Source: Candidatus Kaiserbacteria bacterium RIFCSPHIGHO2_01_FULL_53_29 (lineage in GTDB: Bacteria; Patescibacteriota; Minisyncoccia; Phycocordibacterales; UBA2100). Taken from it: a stretch of 64,000 nucleotides of DNA. Shown here one piece after another: positions 47,730-55,252 of this stretch. Within the stretch, counting starts at the first letter, position 1. Each line of letters starts with the position of its first letter. The notes below the pieces were generated by a model that ran no database searches, was not told the DNA's origin, and worked only from the letters and a program-made list of their open reading frames with translations. The translations under genes were made by a program, and so were the position numbers. The stretch is from NCBI GenBank assembly GCA_001781125.1, contig MFKT01000029.1, forward strand, positions 4,040 to 68,039, given 5' to 3'.

Positions 47730-47767
47730 ATTCCCTATTGTACGCTATGGCGCAATGTAGGGAATAT
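47728..47767. repeat. Imperfect palindrome, copy 2 of the direct repeat; overlaps the start codon
   Basis: ATATTCCCTATTGTACGCTATGGCGCAATGTAGGGAATAT; 32/40 identical to copy 1 by hand alignment. Confidence 0.75.
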
Positions 47768-47844
47768 CGAATACGGAAATTGTGTCGTGGACAATGCGCG
47801 GGAGAGCGTTTCGCGCGAGTCGTTGATGCACTATACTTGGGTTT

Positions 47845-48417
47845 ATGATAGGACAACTTACCGGCATGGTCTTTGCAGTGCGCATTGGACATGCAATCAT
47901 CTCTGCAGGTGGTGTGGGGTACAAAGTATTTGCAACACGCGAATTGCTCGCGACACTCCGGCCCCAGAAAGAGGTGGCGCTCTGGACTCACTTGGCGGTG
48001 CGCGAGACCATCCTCGATCTGTACGGTTTTTCCACCGAAGAAGAGTTGCGGCTGTTCGAACTTCTCCTCACGGTCTCCGGCATCGGGCCCCGTTCCGGTC
48101 TCGCTATCCTCGATATTGCATCGGTCGAGACGCTGCGCTCTGCGATCGCGGGAGGGAACGCATCGTATCTCACCAAAGTCTCCGGTATCGGCAGGAAAAC
48201 AGCTGAAAAAATCGTGCTCGAGTTGAAGGACAAAGTCGGCATCGGAGGGGAAGGAGGTGCCTCAGCGCTCCGTCATGACGAAGAGGCCCTCGAAGCAATG
48301 AAAGCACTGGGCTATTCGCAAGGAGAGGCACGCGATGCGCTTAGAAAAGTACCACAAGACGTAGAGCGATCAAGTGATCGATTACGTGAGGCACTTCGAA
48401 TTTTGGGCAGACAGTAA
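47845..48417 (+). CDS. ruvA: Holliday junction branch migration protein RuvA
   Basis: MIGQLTG, GGVGY, LYGF, VSGIGP, VSGIGRKTAEKIVLELKDK. Confidence 0.96.
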   Translation: MIGQLTGMVFAVRIGHAIISAGGVGYKVFATRELLATLRPQKEVALWTHLAVRETILDLYGFSTEEELRLFELLLTVSGIGPRSGLAILDIASVETLRSAIAGGNASYLTKVSGIGRKTAEKIVLELKDKVGIGGEGGASALRHDEEALEAMKALGYSQGEARDALRKVPQDVERSSDRLREALRILGRQ

Positions 48418-48447
48418 ATGCGATAATGATCAAGCGCCAATTAATTC

Positions 48448-49722
48448 TTGATGCTTGAAAATTCCATGAATCGTCTTAAGAAAATGCTGCTGCAAGTAAC
48501 ACCCGGAGTGCTCCTGTCCCTCTATCATTTCGCGCTGGCGCACCTCGGGGCTCTTTGGTACGGCCATCCCTCGCGCGAATTCCTCGTCATCGGCGTCACC
48601 GGCACGAAAGGAAAATCTTCGACGACCGAATACATCAACGCGATATTCGAAGAAGCGGGATACGCCACGGCGCTCCTGAATTCTATCCGCATCAAAGTGG
48701 GCGACGTATCCACTCCGAACAACATGGGCAGGTCGATGCCGGGAAGATCTTTCATCCAGCGATTCCTGCGCAGAGCGGTAACTGCAAAGTGCTCTCTCGC
48801 GATCCTCGAAATGACGTCCGAGGGCGCTCGGCAACACCGGCATCGCGCCATCGAACTCGACGCATTGGTATTTACGAATCTCGAGCCGGAGCATATCGAA
48901 TCGCACGGTTCATATGAGAATTATGCTGATGCGAAGTTTGAAATAGGCCTCCAACTCCTTCGCTCGAAAAAGCGTCCCCGGTATATGATCGCCAACGCCG
49001 GAGACGCCGAGAGTGCGCGCTATTTTCTGCTTCCGGTGGAGCATGTACTTCCCTTTTCACTTTCTGCGAACAAGCCCTGGTCGGCAGACTCAAAAGGCGG
49101 GTACTTCACACAGGATGACGGAAAAATATCCGTTCAGCTTCCCGGAGAATTCTCGCTCAAAAACGCTCTTGCTGCTGCGACCGTAGCGCGCGCGTTCGGC
49201 ATCGAGACCGCGACGATCGCGCGGGCTCTTGAAAAAGTGACCCATATTCCCGGACGTACCGAGGAGATCCGGGAGGGACAAGATTTTGCCGTCGTCGTTG
49301 ATTACGCGCACACGCCGAATTCTCTGCAAGCGCTCTTCGATGCGTATCGTGCGCACAAAAAGATCTGCATACTGGGTTCGGCTGGTGGAGGGCGCGACAC
49401 GTGGAAGCGCCCCGTCGTAGGAAAAATTGCCGAAGAATCGTGCGCATATGTCATCTTGACGAATGACGACCCCTACGATGAAGACCCGCAAAAAATAATC
49501 GAAGAGATAGCCGCAGGCATGGAAGAGAGGCCCGAGATCATTCTGGGCCGTCGTGATGCCATACGAAAAGGACTCCAGATAGCAAAGTCGGGAGATGTTG
49601 TTTTGATAACGGGCAAAGGAGTGGATGCGATGGCGGGCAAGGATGGCATCAAAACGAAGTGGAGTGACGCCGAGGTCGCGCGCGAGGAGCTCTTGAAGCT
49701 GCTCGCAACGCACGCGTTATAA
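48448..49722 (+). CDS. murE: Mur ligase, MurE-like
   Basis: GVTGTKGKSST, EMTSEG, FTNLEPEH, VDYAHTP, DDPY, GKG; start uncertain. Confidence 0.85.
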   Translation: MMLENSMNRLKKMLLQVTPGVLLSLYHFALAHLGALWYGHPSREFLVIGVTGTKGKSSTTEYINAIFEEAGYATALLNSIRIKVGDVSTPNNMGRSMPGRSFIQRFLRRAVTAKCSLAILEMTSEGARQHRHRAIELDALVFTNLEPEHIESHGSYENYADAKFEIGLQLLRSKKRPRYMIANAGDAESARYFLLPVEHVLPFSLSANKPWSADSKGGYFTQDDGKISVQLPGEFSLKNALAAATVARAFGIETATIARALEKVTHIPGRTEEIREGQDFAVVVDYAHTPNSLQALFDAYRAHKKICILGSAGGGRDTWKRPVVGKIAEESCAYVILTNDDPYDEDPQKIIEEIAAGMEERPEIILGRRDAIRKGLQIAKSGDVVLITGKGVDAMAGKDGIKTKWSDAEVAREELLKLLATHAL

Positions 49723-49734
49723 TATAATGAACGC

Positions 49735-50718
49735 ATGATAAAGAGAGTCCTCATCATCTCCCTTGTGTTCTTCATCATCGGGCTCATCCTCTTTTGGTTG
49801 ATAAGCGGAGGTCTAAGTGCTTCTGCGCGCACCGCGCGCACGCTCGGCAATCCGATCGATTATATTTTCGGCAGTGGCACCTCGCCCGGCATATCATTCC
49901 GGCTGCCGTGGCAGCCAGCATCTCTCCCTCAAGGACCGGATATTTCAGGTGATGCGGAAGTCGACGCGCAAAACGATGCTCCCGGAAATGAAGAACGAGG
50001 ATCAAATGCGAGCCCGCAGCCTTCCGAGCTCCGCACATTCGGCAATCCCTCACCCTCTGCGGGTAAGATCACGCTCACGGACAATTCGGCGACCGAGAGC
50101 GATGCTACAGCGGAATATATCAAGATCGAGGCATCCGGAAGTAACACCGCGCCGATCGCTATCACGAATTGGTCCCTGCAAAGTGCGATTTCCGGACTTC
50201 GGACATACATTCCGCAAGGCGCGCCACTGTTCGTGATGGGCGTCATCAACAACGTGGAGAAGGTATATCTTGAGCCGGGAGCCTCTGCGATCGTCACCAC
50301 GAGCGCCTCCCCCGTCGGAGTCTCATTCCGCGAAAATATCTGCAGCGGCTACCTCGGCGAACTGCAAACATTCACTCCGGAGATAGGAAATGCGTGCCCC
50401 CACGCCTCAGAGACCCTCGCGAAGAATCCGCAGAACCTGCAGACCTATAGTGGCGCCTGCTTCGACTATCTGGATACTCTTCCTTCGTGCCACTTCCCTA
50501 CCGATCTTCCTTCAGAACTCTCGTCGACGTGCCGATCATTCATTGCAAACACGATGTCGTACAACGGCTGTGTAAATACCTCTCGCAACGATCCAACATT
50601 CGCACTCCACTCGTGGCGACTCTTTCTCAACATGCGCACCGAACTCTGGTACAACACGCACGATGTGATCCGGCTCTTGGACGACCAGGGGCGGACCGTG
50701 GACGTACTCACATATTAG
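49735..50718 (+). CDS. Exported Cys-rich protein with lamin-tail-like domain
   Basis: N-terminal TM; EYIKI...ITNWSL; HDVIRLLD..GRTVD. Confidence 0.7.
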   Translation: MIKRVLIISLVFFIIGLILFWLISGGLSASARTARTLGNPIDYIFGSGTSPGISFRLPWQPASLPQGPDISGDAEVDAQNDAPGNEERGSNASPQPSELRTFGNPSPSAGKITLTDNSATESDATAEYIKIEASGSNTAPIAITNWSLQSAISGLRTYIPQGAPLFVMGVINNVEKVYLEPGASAIVTTSASPVGVSFRENICSGYLGELQTFTPEIGNACPHASETLAKNPQNLQTYSGACFDYLDTLPSCHFPTDLPSELSSTCRSFIANTMSYNGCVNTSRNDPTFALHSWRLFLNMRTELWYNTHDVIRLLDDQGRTVDVLTY

Positions 50719-50786
50719 TGATTAGCCACTAGGGTTTAGCCACTAGTGAATCCTGAATTCATCTAATCGCTAGTGGCTATTGGCTA
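50716..50786. mobile_element. 'Empty' copy of the four-helix-bundle cassette ends
   Basis: 50723-50750 identical to 37545-37572 (28 bp); 50767-50786 identical to 37918-37937 (20 bp); only 16 bp between them. Confidence 0.75.
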
Positions 50787-51273
50787 ACATCTGAAACAAT
50801 ACAATTCCGGCTGCGACGGAAACATTCAGTGATTCTTTTTTGCCGTGCATCGGTATTTCGATAAGGACATCGCATTTCGCACGCAACTCATGGGAGAGTC
50901 CGCGCACTTCATTACCGAAAATAAAAAGTGTCGGGGCTTTGACCCTGTATTTCCGATAGTCGCGAGATCGGCGATCCTGCTCAACGCCAACGATTCCCCA
51001 CTTCTGTTTCTTTCCTCCGGAGGAGGATCCGCCTCCGGCGGATAATTTTGAAATGAGCGGCACGGGCGACTTGAAATATTCCCATGGCAGAGATCTCTCC
51101 GCGCCGAGCGCTGTCTTTGCGATTTCTTTTTGTGGCCGACCGAACCTGTCGATCGGCACCGGCGTATATCCGCAGAGGTAGATCTTCGCAACACCCGCCG
51201 CATCGGCGGTGCGGAATATCGAGCCCACATTATGTGCGCTCCGGATATTGTGCAATAAAATAGCGATAGGCAT
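50770..51273 (-). CDS. TrmH/SpoU family RNA methyltransferase
   Basis: NIRSAHNVGSIFRTAD, FGNEVRGL, IPMHGKKESLNVSVAAG. Confidence 0.92.
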   Translation of the reverse strand: MPIAILLHNIRSAHNVGSIFRTADAAGVAKIYLCGYTPVPIDRFGRPQKEIAKTALGAERSLPWEYFKSPVPLISKLSAGGGSSSGGKKQKWGIVGVEQDRRSRDYRKYRVKAPTLFIFGNEVRGLSHELRAKCDVLIEIPMHGKKESLNVSVAAGIVLFQMLANSH

Positions 51274-51301
51274 ATGAACACCATATGCTCTTGTTGTATT
51301 T

Positions 51302-51332
51302 GCTACAAGCTGTAAGCTACAAGCTACAAGCT
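51302..51332. repeat. Heptamer tandem repeat (GCTACAA x4)
   Basis: GCTACAA GCTGTAA GCTACAA GCTACAA GCT. Confidence 0.75.
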
Positions 51333-51338
51333 TTATTT

Positions 51339-51737
51339 ATGCTTTCCCTTTTCCCCCAGCTGCTCTTTCTTGCGCCCTTCTCGGCAACACTCCTGCGCAT
51401 CGCGGCAGCTGTGGTCTTCTTCTCGATCGCGTGGACGCACTGGCAGAAGCGCGAGCAACTTGGGGACATAGAATTCATCGTCGTCGGTAAAGGAACGTGG
51501 ATCCCGACTTTCGCCGCAGCCCTGGAATTTCTCATCGCGGTTGGTTTATTCCTCGGCATGTATGTCCAGCTCGTCGCGATCCTCGGCGCACTTGCGGCGC
51601 TCAAAGCGCTGATCTGGAAACGTCGCTACAGCGTCATGATCCCTATCTCGCGCACCGCGAGCGCATTAGTTTTTGTCATCTGCCTCTCGCTCGTCTTCAC
51701 CGGCGCGGGCGCATTCGCCTTCGACCTGCCGCTTTAA
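51339..51737 (+). CDS. DoxX-like membrane protein
   Basis: LLRI, EFLIAVGLFLG, GAGAFAFDLPL. Confidence 0.75.
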   Translation: MLSLFPQLLFLAPFSATLLRIAAAVVFFSIAWTHWQKREQLGDIEFIVVGKGTWIPTFAAALEFLIAVGLFLGMYVQLVAILGALAALKALIWKRRYSVMIPISRTASALVFVICLSLVFTGAGAFAFDLPL

Positions 51738-51787
51738 ATAGCTTCCGGCTTTGAGCTTTAGCCGCAAGGGCGGTATAGTTTCGTTTA

Positions 51788-51849
51788 CCCCTCGTAGCCC
51801 GACGTTTCGGTCGGGGTCCCGACAGCAAGGCTCGTCGGGACTCAATGGT
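51788..51849 (+). pseudogene. Duplicated 5' end of tRNA-Lys interrupted by a double-hairpin element
   Basis: CCCCTCGTAGC [CCGACGTTTCGGTCGGG GTCCCGACAGCAAGGCTCGTCGGGAC] TCAATGGT versus tRNA start CCCCTCGTAGCTCAATGGT. Confidence 0.7.
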
Positions 51850-51867
51850 TACCGGGTGGTGCAGTAG

Positions 51868-51938
51868 CCCCTCGTAGCTCAATGGTAGAGCATGTGCCTT
51901 TTAAGCACGTGACGGAGGTCCGATTCCTCCCGGGGGGA
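51868..51938 (+). tRNA. tRNA-Lys (TTT)
   Basis: Cloverleaf; TGTGC-CTTTTAA-GCACG; atypical T-loop TCCGATT. Confidence 0.85.
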
Positions 51939-51949
51939 CACGTGAGTAA

Positions 51950-52999
51950 TTAATCGCTGATGACCATGTAGTTATAATGGATGAGCGCACGCGCTCCTTT
52001 TTTGCCCACGAGAATTCCCGCCTCATCCGCGCCATATTGGGCGACACCGTATCCGAGCTTCTTACCCGCTTCGTTGCGTATCTCTATGGTGTCCCCTTTT
52101 TTGAATTCTCCCTCAATTTTTCTGACTCCCACGGGCAGCAAGCTGTTCGATTTCCCGGAACGAAGGACTTTCTCGGCTCCTGCGTCAACGTACACCACGC
52201 CGACCGAAAGTCCTTCGGAGTACGCGAGGCGACGCTTCACCGCCGATATCTTCTTCGTCGGTACGAATTTCGTACCCAAAGGTTTACCCTCAACAATATC
52301 AATAAGAACATGTCCACGTTTTCCGCTCACGACGTGGACCGTGATACCGTGCGCCATGAGCCTGCGTGCGATCGCGAATTTCGTGAGCATTCCCCCGCGC
52401 CCGCCGGTGGATTTCGTATCGGTCACATATCGTTCAAATGAAGCAATATCTTCCTCCCGTATCTCTGGAATGGTCACTTCTTCCTTTAATACCCCATTGA
52501 CGCTTGAGAGAAATATGACAGCATCGACATCAAGTTGGGAAGCGATGAGACCCGCGAGTTCGTCGTTGTCGGTAAAAACAAGTTTGCTGATAGAAATGGC
52601 ATCATTCTCATTGACGACCGGGATGATGTTCTCGCGAAGCAGATTCTCAAAACAACTTTTCATATTGGCATAGTGCTGCTTGTCTCTGAAATCTCCTTTG
52701 GTGACCAAAACTTGGCCGCACCGATGTCCTTTAGCGTCAAAGAACTTTGAGTAGAGGGACATGAGCCCGATTTGCCCTACGGCGGCAAAAACCTGCCTTT
52801 CGGCTGTCGCAGAAGCACCGTGAAGCGCGACAAGCCCCTTCCCTGTAGCTATCGCACCGGAAGTGATGAGCAACACTTCGATGCCCTGCGCACGGAGTCC
52901 GACGACCTGATTGACGATGTCCTGTACAACATCCTCAGCAAGTCGGTCGTTGCGAGAGATAACATTCGTACCTATTTTTACAACGAGGCGTTTGTACAT
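51950..52999 (-). CDS. proB: Glutamate 5-kinase with PUA domain
   Basis: VVKIGT, TSGAI, PVVNEND, DNDELA, GGMLTK, SLLPVG. Confidence 0.95.
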   Translation of the reverse strand: MYKRLVVKIGTNVISRNDRLAEDVVQDIVNQVVGLRAQGIEVLLITSGAIATGKGLVALHGASATAERQVFAAVGQIGLMSLYSKFFDAKGHRCGQVLVTKGDFRDKQHYANMKSCFENLLRENIIPVVNENDAISISKLVFTDNDELAGLIASQLDVDAVIFLSSVNGVLKEEVTIPEIREEDIASFERYVTDTKSTGGRGGMLTKFAIARRLMAHGITVHVVSGKRGHVLIDIVEGKPLGTKFVPTKKISAVKRRLAYSEGLSVGVVYVDAGAEKVLRSGKSNSLLPVGVRKIEGEFKKGDTIEIRNEAGKKLGYGVAQYGADEAGILVGKKGARALIHYNYMVISD

Positions 53000-53003
53000 A
53001 CAT

Positions 53004-53774
53004 TTAGCTGTGAATGCCTTTTATTTTCTTATAGCCGCTTTGCATCGCACGCGCGAATATTTTTTCGAAACCACCGCGTCGAAGTTCTTTGAGTATTGCC
53101 TCAGTCACACCACCCTTGGTGGCCACCGAATCGATAAGCTTTTCAGGAGCTGTGCCCGACCGCTCAAGATACGCGAGCGCTCCCTTGAAGGTCTGGAGCG
53201 CGATTGCTTCGGCATTGCGCGAGAGACCGAGCGTCCGGGCACGCTTGCCATAGGCGGAAACAAAGGAAGAGACAATGGCCGGCCCGCATCCCGCTATGAG
53301 GGTGATGGTATCGAGATTGCTCTCTTTTTTCACTTCGACGAGAAGTCCGAGGTTTCCGAGTACGCTCTTTAGCTCACGCTTGTTCTTAGCAGCGATATCT
53401 CCCGAATAAAATCCGATCACTCCTTCGCCGTAGGCAACGGGAATGTTGGGCATGATGCGAGCGATAGAGCAGTTCACGCCATGAAGGCGCTTTTTCATCG
53501 CCTTGACACTAACACCTGCGGCAAGAGATATGATAGTTTTTCCTTCAAGAGTGCCCGTAATATCTGCAAGAACGCTGACGACCACAGAAGGTTTGACTGC
53601 GAGAAAGATCCAGTCGGCACTCTTTGCCGCGGCAAGATTCCCGCGGGAGTTATCGGAGACCGTGATGCGCGAACGAGGTACGCCCGCATTCACGAGTCCC
53701 TGTGCCAAGGCAGAGCCCATGTGGCCCCCGCCGATGACGGTTATTCTCTTACGCGCGAATGTGTCCTTTGCCAT
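53004..53774 (-). CDS. proC: Pyrroline-5-carboxylate reductase
   Basis: IGGGHMG, LAVKP, RIMPNIP, GCGPA, VATKGGVT. Confidence 0.93.
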   Translation of the reverse strand: MAKDTFARKRITVIGGGHMGSALAQGLVNAGVPRSRITVSDNSRGNLAAAKSADWIFLAVKPSVVVSVLADITGTLEGKTIISLAAGVSVKAMKKRLHGVNCSIARIMPNIPVAYGEGVIGFYSGDIAAKNKRELKSVLGNLGLLVEVKKESNLDTITLIAGCGPAIVSSFVSAYGKRARTLGLSRNAEAIALQTFKGALAYLERSGTAPEKLIDSVATKGGVTEAILKELRRGGFEKIFARAMQSGYKKIKGIHS

Positions 53775-54978
53775 ATATTTGCCACTTATAGGTTGTTAAT
53801 TCTTTTAATCCGACCGGCCCGCGTGCATGCAACTTCCCTGCGGCAATGCCCATTTCCGAACCGAGTCCGAACACGTATCCATCGTGCAGGCGTGTGGAAG
53901 CATTAACGAAGATCGCCGCCGCATCGACTGAATCCGTGAACTGGCGAATGATCTTTTTATTTGAAGCGACGATTCCCTCGGAATGCCGTTTGCTGTGATG
54001 ATTGATGAACGTAATTGCTTCCGCGACATCGCTGACGACCTTGATCCCGACCGTCGGGCCCAAAAATTCCGTATCCCAGTCTTTTTCGGTCATCGTTCCC
54101 ACTGCCGAAAATTTTCGCGAGAGCGCATCGCCCAATACACGAACGCCGCGCGCGCGAAGCATGTCGGTGATGCGCGGGATGAAACGAGAAGCAATTTTCT
54201 TGTGTACGACAATGGTGTCGAGCGAATTGCACGCGGCGGGTTTGCTGATCTTCGCATTCACGAGTATTTTTTCGGCCATCTTGAGGTCGGCGCTTTGATC
54301 AATGTAGATCCGCGCACCCCCCGCGGCGTGCGCTAATACCGGAATGGTGGAGTCACTCAGGACGGCTTTCACGAGACTGTATCCCCCACGTGCGATGACT
54401 AGATCAATGTGCGTGTGTTGTTTCAGCAGTTTTGAAACGGCGCTCCGATCTTGGACGTAACTGACCGTGTCTTTTGCAAATCCGGACTTCTTGAGCGCAT
54501 TTTGTATACAATGATAAAGAGCTTGATTGGAATGCTTTGCCTCGCTGCCGCCTTTAAGTATTGCGACATTGCCGGATTTGATACACAACGCGGCGACGTC
54601 GATCGTCACCTCCGGACGTGATTCGTAGATAATCAGTATGACGCCAAGAGGGGTGCGCACTTTGTCTAGCACAAGACCGGTGCGATCTTTTTTGTGCTCG
54701 ATAATTTCTCCGAGTCCGCTTTTTAATTTTTGCACGTCGCGAAGTTTTTTGTTCAGTGTTTCCAAACCATGGGCATCCACGACAAGTCGTTGTACGAATG
54801 CTTCGGGAAGTTCATTTCTTTGCGCGTCTGCGACGTCTTTTTGATTCGCAGCAAGCAAATCCTTTTTTCGTGTCCGAAGTTCTTTCGCGAGCGCGCCTAA
54901 AAAGGCGTTCCTTTTTTTCTCGGAAGTCTTCGCGAGGTCGATCGCGGCCTGTCGTATGTTGTCTAGGTGGACTTTCAT
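53749..54978 (-). CDS. proA: Gamma-glutamyl phosphate reductase
   Basis: PLGVILIIYESRP, ILKGGSEA, ACNSLDT, VNASTR, KLHARGPVGL. Confidence 0.95.
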   Translation of the reverse strand: MKVHLDNIRQAAIDLAKTSEKKRNAFLGALAKELRTRKKDLLAANQKDVADAQRNELPEAFVQRLVVDAHGLETLNKKLRDVQKLKSGLGEIIEHKKDRTGLVLDKVRTPLGVILIIYESRPEVTIDVAALCIKSGNVAILKGGSEAKHSNQALYHCIQNALKKSGFAKDTVSYVQDRSAVSKLLKQHTHIDLVIARGGYSLVKAVLSDSTIPVLAHAAGGARIYIDQSADLKMAEKILVNAKISKPAACNSLDTIVVHKKIASRFIPRITDMLRARGVRVLGDALSRKFSAVGTMTEKDWDTEFLGPTVGIKVVSDVAEAITFINHHSKRHSEGIVASNKKIIRQFTDSVDAAAIFVNASTRLHDGYVFGLGSEMGIAAGKLHARGPVGLKELTTYKWQIYGKGHIRA

Positions 54979-54984
54979 GCCGTG

Positions 54985-55215
54985 CAAAATGAAAACTCGC
55001 CTCTGCTATCCTACCAGTAAACTACCGGAGGATAACAAGGGCGAGATTTCCCGCGTACCACCTTGTATTCATATGCGCATCGCTGCGCAGATCTCTGTAG
55101 CTGGCTGACACCAGCGTCCCTGTTTTACGGTTGGGCTTCCGTCGCTCCTTATCGGGCGCAGCTCCGAGGCCGGTTCCCTATCTTGCGACAGGTACTATTC
55201 CTCTTCATTGCTTTT
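54985..55215 (-). promoter_or_regulatory. Proline-specific T-box riboswitch with intrinsic terminator
   Basis: T-box AAGGTGGTACGCG (55064-55052); antiterminator CAAGG/CCTTG and GCGGG/CTCGC; terminator CTCGCC...GGCGAG TTTTCATTTT; specifier loop AGTA...GAA-CCG (55173-55171). Confidence 0.88.
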
Positions 55216-55223
55216 CGTGGCTA

Positions 55224-55252
55224 ATACTATCGTTTCTTTGGCGTTTTGTCAA
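55224..55252 (-). promoter_or_regulatory. Sigma70 promoter for the T-box/pro operon
   Basis: TTGACA (55252-55247), 17 bp, TAGTAT (55229-55224), inside the gdhA 3' end. Confidence 0.75.

Noticed and set aside
47073-47767. CRISPR-Cas locus
   Set aside because: Only two repeats separated by a whole gene, no spacer array and no cas1 or other cas genes; the protein is PaaX-like
46836-48206. 456-aa plus-strand ORF
   Set aside because: Overlaps rpsT, the PaaX-like gene and ruvA in other frames and has no recognisable motifs; shadow ORF
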